A stretch of DNA of 64,000 bases from Octopus sinensis (lineage: Eukaryota): the NCBI RefSeq assembly GCF_006345805.1, contig NC_043004.1:40734001-40798000 (forward strand). The letters run 5' to 3'. The notes beneath the pieces were generated by a model that saw nothing but the letters and a program-made list of their open reading frames with translations, ran no database searches and was not told the DNA's origin. Numbering within the stretch: position 1 is the stretch's first letter; every line of letters begins with the position of its first letter. Shown here one piece after another: positions 26,750 to 38,257 of this stretch. The position numbers and the translations under genes were made by a program.

Positions 26750-27871
26750 GCTCTAGAGGGTTTCAGGCCTTTAAACATTAGCCCTCCTCGACCAGTTGAG
26801 CCAACCGGGGATTGATCAAGTCCCATTTTGCAGCCCAGTCGCAACAAACCACAAGTTTATTCTCGTTATCCAAAGTAGCTTTCTTTGCAACTTTGGTGAT
26901 GAAATGTATGACCTTCCCCGCTTCGCTTGTACTGATAATTCCAAGTCCAGTCTGAGCTTTGCGTGGTTAATCTTGGACAACATAGATACAGTCCACATAT
27001 TTCGAATGATACAATAATTTGATATAGACTCTGTATGTAATTGTAAAAACAATTTCACTCCAGGAGGATTGCAATCAAAACTGATACGCTTATTGAAAAA
27101 AACATTGGAATTTGAAAGCAGTTCAAATTATCTTTCATATAAACCGAAAATGATTTGAGCTAACGAAGAAGCAACGTGATCACTCAAGCTACAATAATGA
27201 GCAAATTCCCCACAAATCGTACGGACTTATCTAGAGAGTTTCAGGCCTTCCTCCACCAACCGCTGATTGATGAAGTCCCACTCGCAACAAACCACAAGTT
27301 TATTCTCGTTATCCAGACTAGCTTTCTTTGCAACTGCTATTAGGGTGCAATAATAGATTATAAAAAATAGTGGGTACATAGTATTTTAAGTGACACAACA
27401 AACACTGGTGTCAAAAAGCATTCATTCTTGAAACTCGTGTTTACGGTGTATATAACAGTAATCTGTGGCCTTCAAAAAAGGCAACTGTAAAACTCTTAAA
27501 TTACGATAAAACGACAGCTCTCACAAAAGCCTGTGTACTAGGAAATTAAAACTGAGTCAATGGATCGTTGTATACTAAAGACACTCGCAAACATGTAAAA
27601 TCCACTGCTCAGTCATCAATATTATATTTCTCTGTAAAAATATCCTAGATGTGAATGGAATAGAGAAGGACATTGAATAATATAGTCTTAGATACACCAA
27701 ATATGTCGAGATAAAAAGGACAAGCATTCCTTTGGAAATAATCTCACGGAAGTTAAAATGAAAATTGTTGTTTTATCAACTTGTTCAACGATTTCCGTAA
27801 AAAAGATTTTTTTCAGCTCACACAAAAACCTAGATAAATGTATGTATGTGTGTGTGTGCATATATACATAC

Positions 27872-27946
<75 letters not shown>

Positions 27947-27957
27947 GTATGTATATA

Positions 27958-28089
27958 TTAGGTTGTCCCAAAAGTTCGTAAACACTTGCGAATATTGAAT
28001 TTTTACTCGCCAAGTACTAACAAAAATTATTCCTCAAAATAAAGACCATTATTTTCCAAGACTTTCTACGAACTTTTGGGACAACCTTA
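27958..28089. mobile_element. 132-bp mariner-derived MITE (Hsmar1/MADE1-like TIR)
   Basis: TA-TTAGGTTGTCCCAAAAGTTCGTA ... TACGAACTTTTGGGACAACCTTA-TA. Confidence 0.85.
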
Positions 28090-28103
28090 TATATATGTAT
28101 GTA

Positions 28104-28164
<61 letters not shown>

Positions 28165-28197
28165 CTTTATTTAAAAGCAGTAGAAATTTAACAAAAG

Positions 28198-28235
28198 CTG
28201 TTACTCGGAGTTTCACGTTTCCGTTCGTCGGACAG
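28198..28235 (-). ncRNA. Type I hammerhead motif, U4C variant, inside a TA-flanked element of about 165 bp (28165-28330)
   Basis: CTGT-CCGACGA-ACG-GAAA-CGT-GAAA-CTCCGAGTA-ACAG; enclosed by 16-bp inverted repeats at 28165-28180 and 28241-28256. Confidence 0.72.
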
Positions 28236-28324
28236 TTCCGCTGCTTTTAAATAAAGCATATTACTCTACCTCTGGTATTTGAGTACTCTTTTTTCCACCT
28301 TGTTTCACATTTATGTGCTCACTC

Positions 28325-28367
<43 letters not shown>

Positions 28368-30110
28368 ATATATATATACAAGCGCATAAACACAGACATA
28401 AATATACTTACATACACATACATACATATAAATACATACATGTATACTTACACATAGAACAAAATAAACGTAAGCGATTCATGAAAACAGAAAAAAAATG
28501 CATGTGTATGTATACACATATAGAAAAAGTGAAAGGGTATGTGTGGGCGTGTATTCGACTGTTCAACTCGACTATGAGTGAACGTTTGTGTGTGCGATTG
28601 TATACTAGACTGTTCAGCTGAAAAAAAAATTTAAAGAAATAAAGATTTTTTTTTTTTTTTTCACGGAAATTGCTGAACAAATAGATAAAACAAAACTATT
28701 TTCAGTTTGACTTTTGTGAGAAATACCGAAGAAGATAACCAAGACGAAAATGTATTTGACCGTAGATTTCCTTAATCAGGGTTGACCCAGGGCTAAACAT
28801 CAACGTATGAAAACAAACTTGTTACTCAACAAGTCGGCATTCGTTGAGCTTGCCTTCCATTCGTTTTTATAACACTGTAAAAGTTTAAAAGAGCAATACA
28901 AAAAAATGACAAATTTAAAAATATTTCCTTACAAGATATTGTCTTTCTGTTGCTGGTGGCGGTACTATTGTTTTTTTTTTTTGCTTCCTTCTTTATCGGA
29001 CGTTATTCGTTAATTGTTTATTAATTGCCTTTGTTGTAGTCGTGGTAGCTGTTGTTCAATGCTTGTTGCTTTTGTAGTTGCTCTGTTGTTGTTGTTGTTG
29101 TAATTTTTACTGTATGTGTGTTGTTGTTGTTGTAATTTTTAATGTATGTGTGTTGTTGTTGTTGTCTTTGATATTTACTGCAATTGTCGTTATAGTTTCG
29201 TTTTAACTGCTGTTCGCGTGTTGATGGAAGCTGACTGTGTCACAGGAACTGATAGTGGGTGGCTTTATTGTATAGGCTTACTTCGATACTTGAATTCAGT
29301 GATCGCAATTCAAAAATCAGTCGTAGGAAACGAATACCAGTAATATTCTAGTACACTTCCATCTGATAATATTTTGCGGTTTACATAGAAATCAATCGAA
29401 TTCCCTGTCAACTTACAAGGAACCGACTTTAATGATGGTGGTGGTGTTAATGCTGATTTTGGTTTCACTAGTAGTGGTACTAGTTTGTATTCGTTAGGCT
29501 ATTAGTTGTCATCTTTGGTAATAATAGTATTGGTTGTAGTGTTCTTGTAAGTAGTGCCGTCCTTTTGTATCTATTAATATTGATGGCTATTGTTGTTTTT
29601 GTGTGTGAGAGAGACGACAGGAGAGAACACTTGCGCAGCATTAAGTACTGTCCTTGCAACAAGACAAGCATCAACTATTCATCTAGGTCTTTGACACAGC
29701 TATTTGTTTACTCTGAAAAACAAAAAACAAAAAGAACTACCTAGATCATTATATACAAAGTAATATGAAAAAACAATGAGCAATTAAATTCTGCTAATCA
29801 CTCAGAAATATTTCAATCGAATGCCTTTTCAGGCAAGAATGCCCTATTTCATTTTTCAGGGATGGGCAGAATGTCAATAGCAACGGCCAGCAAGCAAAAC
29901 GTCCCATCCTCAAAATGGAATCTTCATCCTGTTTTGCAAATAAGTAGACTAACGGCTACTTGTATTTTGTAAATCTGATGTAATACTTTATATCAATAAA
30001 GTAAACCTTACTTTCTACTCAACAAATCTACGTGTTTGTGTGTGTATATATATATATATGAAAAAACAAGTCAAGATAGAAATGCTAAAATAATTTTATA
30101 AAGAACATTT

Positions 30111-30148
30111 CTGTACCGGTTTCGGTCATTTTGAGACCTTTTCAACTG
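30111..30148 (-). ncRNA. Hammerhead, U3-A8 compensated core (left arm)
   Basis: CAG-TTGAAAA-GGTC-TCAAAAT-GACC-GAAA-CCGGTA-CAG; stem II perfect, stem I with one mismatch. Confidence 0.68.
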
Positions 30149-30319
30149 TAACGATTAAATAATTAAATTTAGAAAAATAATTAAATTTGCACAGTGCAAA
30201 CAAGAGAGACAGAGAAAGGCAGAAACAAAGAAAATGCCACTTATATTTGAACACTATACAAATATTCCTTTAAAAAAACTTTTCTTTTAATTTTTCTAAA
30301 TTTAATTATTTAATCGTTA

Positions 30320-30357
30320 CAGTTGAAAAGGTCTCAAAACGACAGAAACCGGTACTG
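30320..30357 (+). ncRNA. Hammerhead, U3-A8 compensated core (right arm)
   Basis: CAG-TTGAAAA-GGTC-TCAAAAC-GACA-GAAA-CCGGTA-CTG; stem I intact, first stem II pair mismatched. Confidence 0.68.
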
Positions 30358-30439
30358 AAATGTTCTTTACAAAATTATTTTAGCATTTTCTATCTTGACT
30401 TGTTTTTTCATATATATCAACTCGTGTGTTCCTTTTCAC

Positions 30440-30488
<49 letters not shown>

Positions 30489-30799
30489 GGAGTAAACACA
30501 TAAATGTGAAACAAGGTGGAAAAAAGAGTACTCAAATACCAGTGGTAGAGTAATATGATTGAAATATTTCTGAGTGATTAGCAGAATTTAATTGCTCATT
30601 GTTTTTTCATATTGCTTTGTATATAATGATCTAGGTAGTTCTTTTTGTTTTTTTGTTTTTCAGAGTAAACAAATAGCTGTGTCAAAGACCTAGATGAATA
30701 GTTGATGCTTGTCTTGTTACAAGGACAGTACTTAATGCTGCACAAGTAACTATTTTATCTAATTTTTCGATATGTGACCTTTTATCCATATCATATAGG

Positions 30800-31150
30800 T
30801 GCAGGAGTGGCTGTGTGGTAAGTTGCTTGCTTACCAACCACATGGTCCCGGGTTCAATCCCACTGCGTGGCATCTTGGGCTAGTGTCTTCTACTATAGCC
30901 TTGGGCCGACCAAAGCCTTGTGAGTGGATTTGGTAGATGGAAACTGAAAGAAGCCCGTCGTATATGTACATATATGTATATGTTTGTGTGTCTGTGTTTG
31001 CCCCACCAACATCGCTTGACAACTGATACTGGTATGTTTACGTCCCCGTAACTAAGAGGTTCGGCAAAAGAGACCGATTTGAATAAGTACTAGTATGACA
31101 AAGCTCTAGCGTCGATTTGCTCACAGTCAAATGACTGAAACAAATAAAGG
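30800..31150 (+). mobile_element. SINE family A
   Basis: Head and body match other copies. Confidence 0.85.
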
Positions 31151-31167
31151 AATTATCGAAAATAGTT

Positions 31168-31555
31168 GGATCTTTTCGGTTTGAACGGCAGTTTTTTCTA
31201 GCGGTGTCATATGAAATTGTAATCCATAATTACTATCGATCTGCTTTAGGGTTAGGGGTGGGGAAAGGGTATCTTTTTTTTCTTCACGAATGTAAATAAA
31301 CCCAATCTGTTTCTTAAACGAGGGACATATTCATACGGCACAGCATGTTTTTTTACCTCAATGGATGTCAGTGATTGGTTGAAATTGCAGAAATCGAAGA
31401 AAAAAACAACAAATATCTTACAAACTATAGAATTTTCTCAATAAAGCCAAGAGAAAAAGATGTTTTATAAACACATTCTACCAGTGTATGAAGTTTAAAA
31501 TTTTTTAGTTACCTAGAAATTATGTTAAAAACTGCCGTTCAAACCGAAAAGATCC
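31168..31555. mobile_element. MITE with GG termini and 8-bp TSD (Merlin-like)
   Basis: TIR GGATCTTTTCGGTTTGAACGGCAGTTTTT; TSD AAATAGTT on both sides. Confidence 0.85.
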
Positions 31556-32119
31556 AAATAGTTACTTTGTTTCAAAGAAAATCCGTCCAGTTGTTTTCAA
31601 AATATTTTGTCTCCCCTTCCCATCTCTCAGTGACTTGTACTTCTGCTTTGAGAAGACCCGAATGATAGACACTCCCTCTCTGTCTGTATTAGTTTCTACC
31701 CACCCCCTTCTTCTCTCTCTCTCTGTGATTCGGCATGTCATGCTTTGAGAAAACCGCATGACACCCCCTTTCTCTCTCTTTGTTAGTGTAGAATTGTTGC
31801 AAACCTGGTTCCACTTTTTACCTATAAAATTTCTGACTGGAACAAGAGCAGTCCCATAATTCTTGAGTTTGCCAGCTGAAATATTGGAATAGAGTGGCGG
31901 TAAGTTTGAATATTTTTAATCCAAATCTGTTTGCACTATTATATTTTTGGAGTGTTTTGAAAACAAAAATATAATCTATATCATATTTCTTATTTCAGAA
32001 ATAGCTAATTAATCTTAAATTAATTTAACTAAGGTTATTTTTCCGTTTTGTTGAAATTGACTAACAATTTACGCAGGCGCTTCTACGTGGGTTCTTATAT
32101 AAGAGTAGCCTTTTTCGAA

Positions 32120-32895
32120 ATGAGTGAAATGTGTGTTATAAACGATATTTTGAGAAATAGTTTTTCGAAAAGAGACTTCGATGGAAAATAATTATAAATG
32201 GTGGGAGAGCAACACCAAATTTGCCTAATTTGCGAAGCTACAACAAGAAATTCACGAGACAGTTTCAGGTTAATTTGTATGAAAAGAAAAAAATGGTTAA
32301 CTGGGAGTGCTATCCTTATTAAATTATTCTGTTGGCCTTGTTTACTTTTTGGCTTAGAAAACAAAGTTTGGAATGATAAAGGCTATGATGATTTAAATAA
32401 TTTACATATGGCTATGCTAAAGCACGAGCCTTCTCAAAGGCATATAAAACGTTTGATAGATCTTAAAATATTCAGGAATGTTCGCATAGACTTACAATTA
32501 GATGCATGTAAAAAATCAAAGCATACAACATCATAATGAGAAAGTTAGACGAAACAGATCCATTCTGCAACGATTGATCGATGTTGTTATTTTTTTAGGC
32601 CTCCAGGAATTATCGTTTCGGGCACATTTTGAATCTGAAGGCTCTAATTATCGTGAAAATTATAAAGAACTCGTATATTTGATCAGTAAATACGACAAAA
32701 GAATGGAAAGTCATCTAGATACAGCTTCTATCTTCACCGGGTCTGTCAAACAGAATTCAAAATGACTTGATCAAAGCAATTTATAAAGTTATGTTGAATG
32801 AGATGCAAAATGAAATCGAGCAAGCTAAGTTTGTTTCTCTTCTTGTTGATGAGACATCTGATGTCTCAGCATCTTCACAACTGTCAACAGTTGTC
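32120..32895 (+). pseudogene. hAT transposase 5' half (TTF zinc finger / DUF4371, ZMYM1-like), frameshifted
   Basis: KWLTGS...LFCWPCLLF; HNEKVRRNRSILQRLIDVVIFLGLQELSFR; QNDLI...FVSLLVDETSDVS. Confidence 0.82.
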
Positions 32896-33319
32896 TTGTT
32901 GTAGAAGAGGTTAGGGTTACTCAGCCAGAAGGAAGAGCAAAAGATAGATGGAAAGAGATGGTGGCAAAGTACCAAGAATACTCACATGGAATGGGGATAG
33001 AGAGATCAGTGGTGGCAAGTGCCAGGGCATACTCTCAACATAAGGTCATAAGTGACAGGGTATTGCCAAAGAAGTATGAGTAGTGAGTAGGGGGTGGGGA
33101 ATAATGACTGGTGAGAACCTGGGTAAAAAGAGGGGGTGGAGGACTACAGGATAGCAATGGTACAGTGAACAGTGCAGTGAGGACAGGATTGGGGTGTGAG
33201 AGAATCATAACACATAAAAGAAGAAATCTGAGGAAGAGAAGAGATGCAGTTTGGTTTGTTGGGGTAGGATGTAGGAAAAGTTTTATTGTTACATGCAGAT
33301 GGAACACCCAGTGCTTCTA

Positions 33320-33910
33320 GAACCTATCACCAGACACCTTGGTTCATTGTCATTTCCTTTATAAGCCCCAGCATCCCTACATTGGTTCTCACCACTTCAT
33401 TCCATGTCTTCCTGGGTCTTCCTCTTCCACAGGTACCATCCACTTTCAGTGACTAACACTTCTTTATACAGCTGTTTTTTATTCATATGTATCATGAATC
33501 ATCATTGCCTTACTGGCACTTATGCCTGTGCTAGTAGGGTGCCAAGAGCACCATCCGAGCGTGATCGTTGCCAGAGCAGCCAACTGGCTTCCGTACCTGT
33601 GGCACGTAAAAGGGCTCCATTTGAATGTGATCGTTACCAACGTTACTTCACTGGCATCTGTGCCGGTGGCACGTGTAAAAAGATTCGAGTGAGGTCGTTG
33701 CCAGTGCCGCCTGACTGGCCCCCGTGCCGGTGGCACGTAAAAAGCACCCACTACACTCTCGGAGTGGTTGGCGTTAGGAAGGGCATCCAGCTGTAGAAAC
33801 TCTGCCAGATCAGGACTGGAGCCTGGTGCAGCCATCTGGTTTGCCAGCCTTCAGTCAAAATCGTCCAACCCATGCTAGCATGGAAAGCGGACGTTAAACG
33901 ATGATGATGA
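33320..33910. mobile_element. RTE ORF-end fragment (-, 33320-33460) and RTE 3' UTR/tail (+, 33480-33910)
   Basis: Reverse complement encodes GTCGRGRPRKTW; tail ends in (GAT)n. Confidence 0.75.
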
Positions 33911-34849
33911 TCATATGTCTAAACCAACATAGTCTTCTCTCTTGCATGCTGCATTCGTTTCTTCTTATGTCCAACTTTTCTTAGAATACATTTGTGCTTT
34001 GTTGTACATGCACACTGATGCACTGATGTTGCACATCCAATGGAACACACTGACTCCATTCCTCATCTGCTGAGCGAAGTGCTTAGCGGCATTCCATCTG
34101 TCTTTACGTTCTGGGTTCAAATTACACTGAGGTCAGCTTTGCCTTTCATTCTTTCAGGGTCAATAAGTCCCAGATGAGCACTGAAATCAATGTGATCGAC
34201 TTACCCAACCCTCGCAAATTTCAGGCCTTGTACCAATAGTACAAAGGATTATTATTATAATTATTATCAACATTATCATCATCTTCGTTATTATTATCAG
34301 TATTTGCAGCATTTCATCTGTCTTTATGTTCCAAGTTCAAATTAAACTGAGGTCAACTTTACCTTTCATCCTTTCGGGGTCAATAAATTAAGTACCAGTT
34401 GCATATAGGGGTCGATCTAATTGACTGGCCTCTTCCCCCAAATTCAAGGCCTTGTGCCTATAGTAGGAAGGATTATTATTATTATTCAAATTCTGCTGAG
34501 GTCAACTTTGCCTTTCATCCTTTCAGGGTCAATAAATTAAGTACCAGTTGCATACAGGGGTCGATATAATTGACTGACCTCTCCTTCCAAATTCAAGGCC
34601 TTGTGCCTATAGTAGGAAGGATTATTATAATTATTCAAATTCTGCCGAGGTCAACTTTACCTTTCATCCTTTTGGGATAAATAAATTAAGTACTAGTTGC
34701 GCACTGGGGTTGATCTAGTCAACTTAATTCCTCCCAAAAAAATTTGGGGCCTTGTGCCTAGATTAGAAAAGATTATTGTAATTATTATTATTATTATTAT
34801 TATTATTGTTATTTTAAAAGGATTGACATAACTCTTCACAAAGGTAAAC

Positions 34850-35673
34850 AGTCAAGACGAAGAGCACGATTTGATTATAAGATATTTTATTAGCTGAACA
34901 ATATTTCATTAGTACGTCTGTCTTTCTCAAGTTCAAAATAAGAAGTGGTAAAAATTCAAAATTACAGAAATTTAAACGTAAAGTATGAACGAGAGCAACC
35001 AGCGTCCACATGTTGACGGAATGACATCATCAGTTTTTAAGTTACAATTTTATAACAGACAAAAAGAAAAAGACAAAAAAACAGTAAAAAGAAGACGACA
35101 GAAAAAAAAGGAAAGTAAAAGATAGAAAAAAGGATATTTAATCAAACAGTTTTGTATAAATTTGATGATATTCTCCTGCCATCTTATTCATTCCTCCAGG
35201 GCATGATGTTAATAACCAGCAAACATATTTCTCCTCATACATTCTGAGAAGTGAAAGTGAAGCAGATTCAGAATATTTTCTGAGAATATGTACTTTCAAG
35301 TCTTCTTCAAAATTGCAGCTGCTTGAAACGAAATGTTCAGCAAGTTCTGTCGAACTACTGTTATTGTGCCTGACGTTGAATCTGTGCCCATTAAACCTTT
35401 TGTTTAATTGTTCTGTTGTACAACCAACATAAATTAAGTTGTGTTTCGTGCATTCTGCAGCATACATGGGAATCTTTAAATGTTCCACCTTCTATATAAA
35501 TCATAACATTTCTGTTATGATTTCTGATATAATTCACTTCACTCATGTTGTTGCACAATGAACAGGGCTTACCTCTCTTGTTCATTTCGAACTTGACAAA
35601 GACAGACGTACTGTTGAAATATTTTTCAATTAATAAAATATCATACAATCGAATCGTGCTCTTCATCTTGACT
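34850..35673 (-). mobile_element. Penelope-like element 3' fragment with terminal inverted repeats of about 94 bp
   Basis: 34850-34943 is the reverse complement of about 35580-35673 (roughly 80 percent identity); encloses a GIY-YIG remnant. Confidence 0.78.
35138..35580 (-). pseudogene. Penelope-type GIY-YIG endonuclease remnant, frameshifted
   Basis: GKPCSLCNNM...then YAAECTKHNLIYVGCTT..LNKRFNGHR...LRMYEEKYV...PGGMN. Confidence 0.85.
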
Positions 35674-35698
35674 AATATTATCATCATCATCATCATCA

Positions 35699-35735
<37 letters not shown>

Positions 35736-35895
35736 TATTAGTATCACTTTATGTTCCGAGTTCAAATTGCACTGAGGTCAACTTTGCCTTTCATCCTTTC
35801 AGGGTCAAAAAATAAGTATCAACGGAGCAGTGGGATCGATGTAATCAACTTACAAATTTCACTAAACTTGCTGACCATGTGCAAAAATTTGAAAC

Positions 35896-35926
<31 letters not shown>

Positions 35927-36174
35927 GAGCTGGCAGAATCGTTAGCACGCCAGACGAAATGCCTAGCTGTATTTCATCTGCCGTTACATTCTGAGTTCAA
36001 ATTCCGCCGAGGTCGACTTTGCCTTTCATCCTTTCGGGGTTAATTAAATAAGTACCAGTTACGCACAGGGGTCGATATAATCAACTTAATCCCCTCGTTT
36101 GTCCTCTCTATGTTTAGTCCCCTGTGGGTAATAAAGAAATTTTTTAAAAAATTATTATTATTATTATTATTATC

Positions 36175-36725
36175 ATTATTGAGTGAGAGAGCAGTGCATG
36201 CCATCAAAGTGACACTGGGGTAAAATATACGAAGCCCAGTATACCCATCATGACTACCCGTATGATAAGGGTACATGCATCACAACCATATGTGCGCGAT
36301 ATGGTGATCTCATACCAAGATAAACAGCACATGACCTTGCAGGTGGGGCCCAGTTAGAATTTTCTTCTGGTCGAGTAACCCATCCCACTCAAAAGGTCCT
36401 TGAATAAGGGTTATTTAAGGATGTTAAATGAAACACCCATGTTTCCAGAGGTGAATTATTTAAACCCCAAACAATCCCTCTCAACACATGGCTATGATGC
36501 TCCCCCACTACTTCTACTTGTGATCAGAGATGCACATATCGTCAGCCACTAAGGGACATGCTCAACTGGTTAAGGTCAAACAACTGACAAGCAAATCTGT
36601 GGTATTGAGCAGAATATTTGCTGTAGCCCATCTTTTATACCAAGACAAAACAATGTACATGATAACACTTCCAGTCAGTTAAGATCAGAAGCCATGAGAG
36701 CCACTGCCTGGTACTGCATCAGGGC

Positions 36726-36727
<2 letters not shown>
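36175..36727. mobile_element. Unclassified insert of about 550 bp between (ATT)n tracts
   Basis: Higher-complexity block with (ATT)n on both sides; no ORF or TIR seen. Confidence 0.45.
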
Positions 36728-36758
<31 letters not shown>

Positions 36759-37670
36759 CATTATCAAGAAAGCAGCAAGCTGGCAAAATCGTTAGCACAC
36801 TGGGTGCAATGGTATTTCGTCTGCTGCTATGTTCTGAGTTCAAATTCCACCGAGGTCAACTTTACCTTTCATCCTTTTGGGGTCGATAAATTAAGTACCA
36901 GTGAAACACTGGGGGAGCAATGTAATCAACTAGTCCCCTCCCCACCTTCCAAATTTAGGGCCTTGTGCCTCCAGTAGAAAGGATTATTATTATTAATAAG
37001 GCAGTCAGCTGGCAGAATCATTAGCATGCCAGACAAAATGCTTAGCAGCACTTTGTCTGCTAAGCATTTTGTCTGTCTTTTTTCCCCCAAAGTTCAAATT
37101 CTGCTGAAATTGACTTTGCCTTTCATCCTTTAGAGGCTGATAAAATAAGTACCAGTTCATCCCCTGGATCGAAGTAATCAACTAGCCCCCTCCCCCAAAG
37201 TTTCAGGCCTTGTACCTATGGTAGAAAGGATTATTATTATTATTGTTGTTGTTGTTATGAAGGCGGCAAGCTGGCAGAACTGTTAGCACACTGGATGAAA
37301 TGCTTAGTGGTGGCAGAAACATTAGCACGCTGGGCGAAATGCGTAGCCGTATTTTGTCTGCCGAGGTCGACTTTGCCTTTCATCCTTTCGGGGTCGATAA
37401 ATTAAGTACCAGTTACGCTCTGGGGTCGATGTAATCGACTTAATCCGTTTGTCTGCCCTTGTTTGTCCTCTCTGTGTTTAGCCCCTTGTGGGCAGTAAAG
37501 AAATAGGTATTCCACGTGTTGCTGTATTCTGAGTTCAAATTCTGCTGAGGTCGATTTTGCCTTTCATCCTTTCGGGGGTTGATAAATTAGGTACCAGTGA
37601 AACACTGGAGTCAATATAACTGACTAGTCCCCTCCCCAAAATTTCAGGTCTTGTGCCTATAGTAGAAAGG

Positions 37671-37718
<48 letters not shown>

Positions 37719-38257
37719 TGTTATGCAATTAAGAGACCTTATCCAAAGGCTTCATTCAACATAAAACTAAGTAACAATATAACATCCTGTAGCACAGAAA
37801 GCGCACAAATAACTACATTCATACAACAAAAACCAGCAATGTTGGTGAAATCTCATGAATGGCTTCCTCTATTATCACAAGACTGCATGTAACACTAGTC
37901 AAGAGAGAAAGTGCTAAAAGCAAATCTGGTCTTTCCTTTATAATAGAATAATTAATTTAGTCCATTGAGTCAGTTCATTTCTAGAATAATTGAAAATTCC
38001 TTCACATTACTAATGAGGAATATATTGAATTGATTTGATCTACATAGATGGTTGCAAATGATTTTTATGACACTTATATCCTTTTATTGTTTTGCAGTCA
38101 TGGGATGATGGTTGTGCTGGGGCAACACATTTTATGGCTTTAGTTGATCTCATCAGCATCATTACTTATCTCAAATTGGTACTTATTTTCGTCAGATACT
38201 AACTTGTAAGACTTAACAACATACGCATAAACACACACACACACACACATTCACATA

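Larger units (their letters stand above)
30052..30416. mobile_element. Foldback element: inverted arms of about 125 bp, spacer of about 113 bp, flanked by (TA)n, one hammerhead per arm
   Basis: Arm 30052-30177 is the reverse complement of 30291-30416 with few mismatches. Confidence 0.88.
29629..30747. repeat. Near-perfect 190-bp inverted duplication (29629-29817 vs 30558-30747)
   Basis: About 3 substitutions and 1 indel by eye. Confidence 0.92.
34075..37675 (+). mobile_element. Cluster of about 10 same-orientation SINE B copies separated by (ATT)n
   Basis: Repeated GTTCAAATT...GCCTTTCATCCTTT...AGTACCAG...GGCCTTGTGCC..AGTAGAAAGGATTATT units. Confidence 0.85.

Noticed and set aside
31248-31262. 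TTAGGGTTAGGGG telomere-like motif (also at about 50870)
   Set aside because: Only two units, internal to the Merlin-like MITE.
36515-36550. CTGACGA...GAAG on the minus strand
   Set aside because: GAAA and a UH cleavage site are absent.
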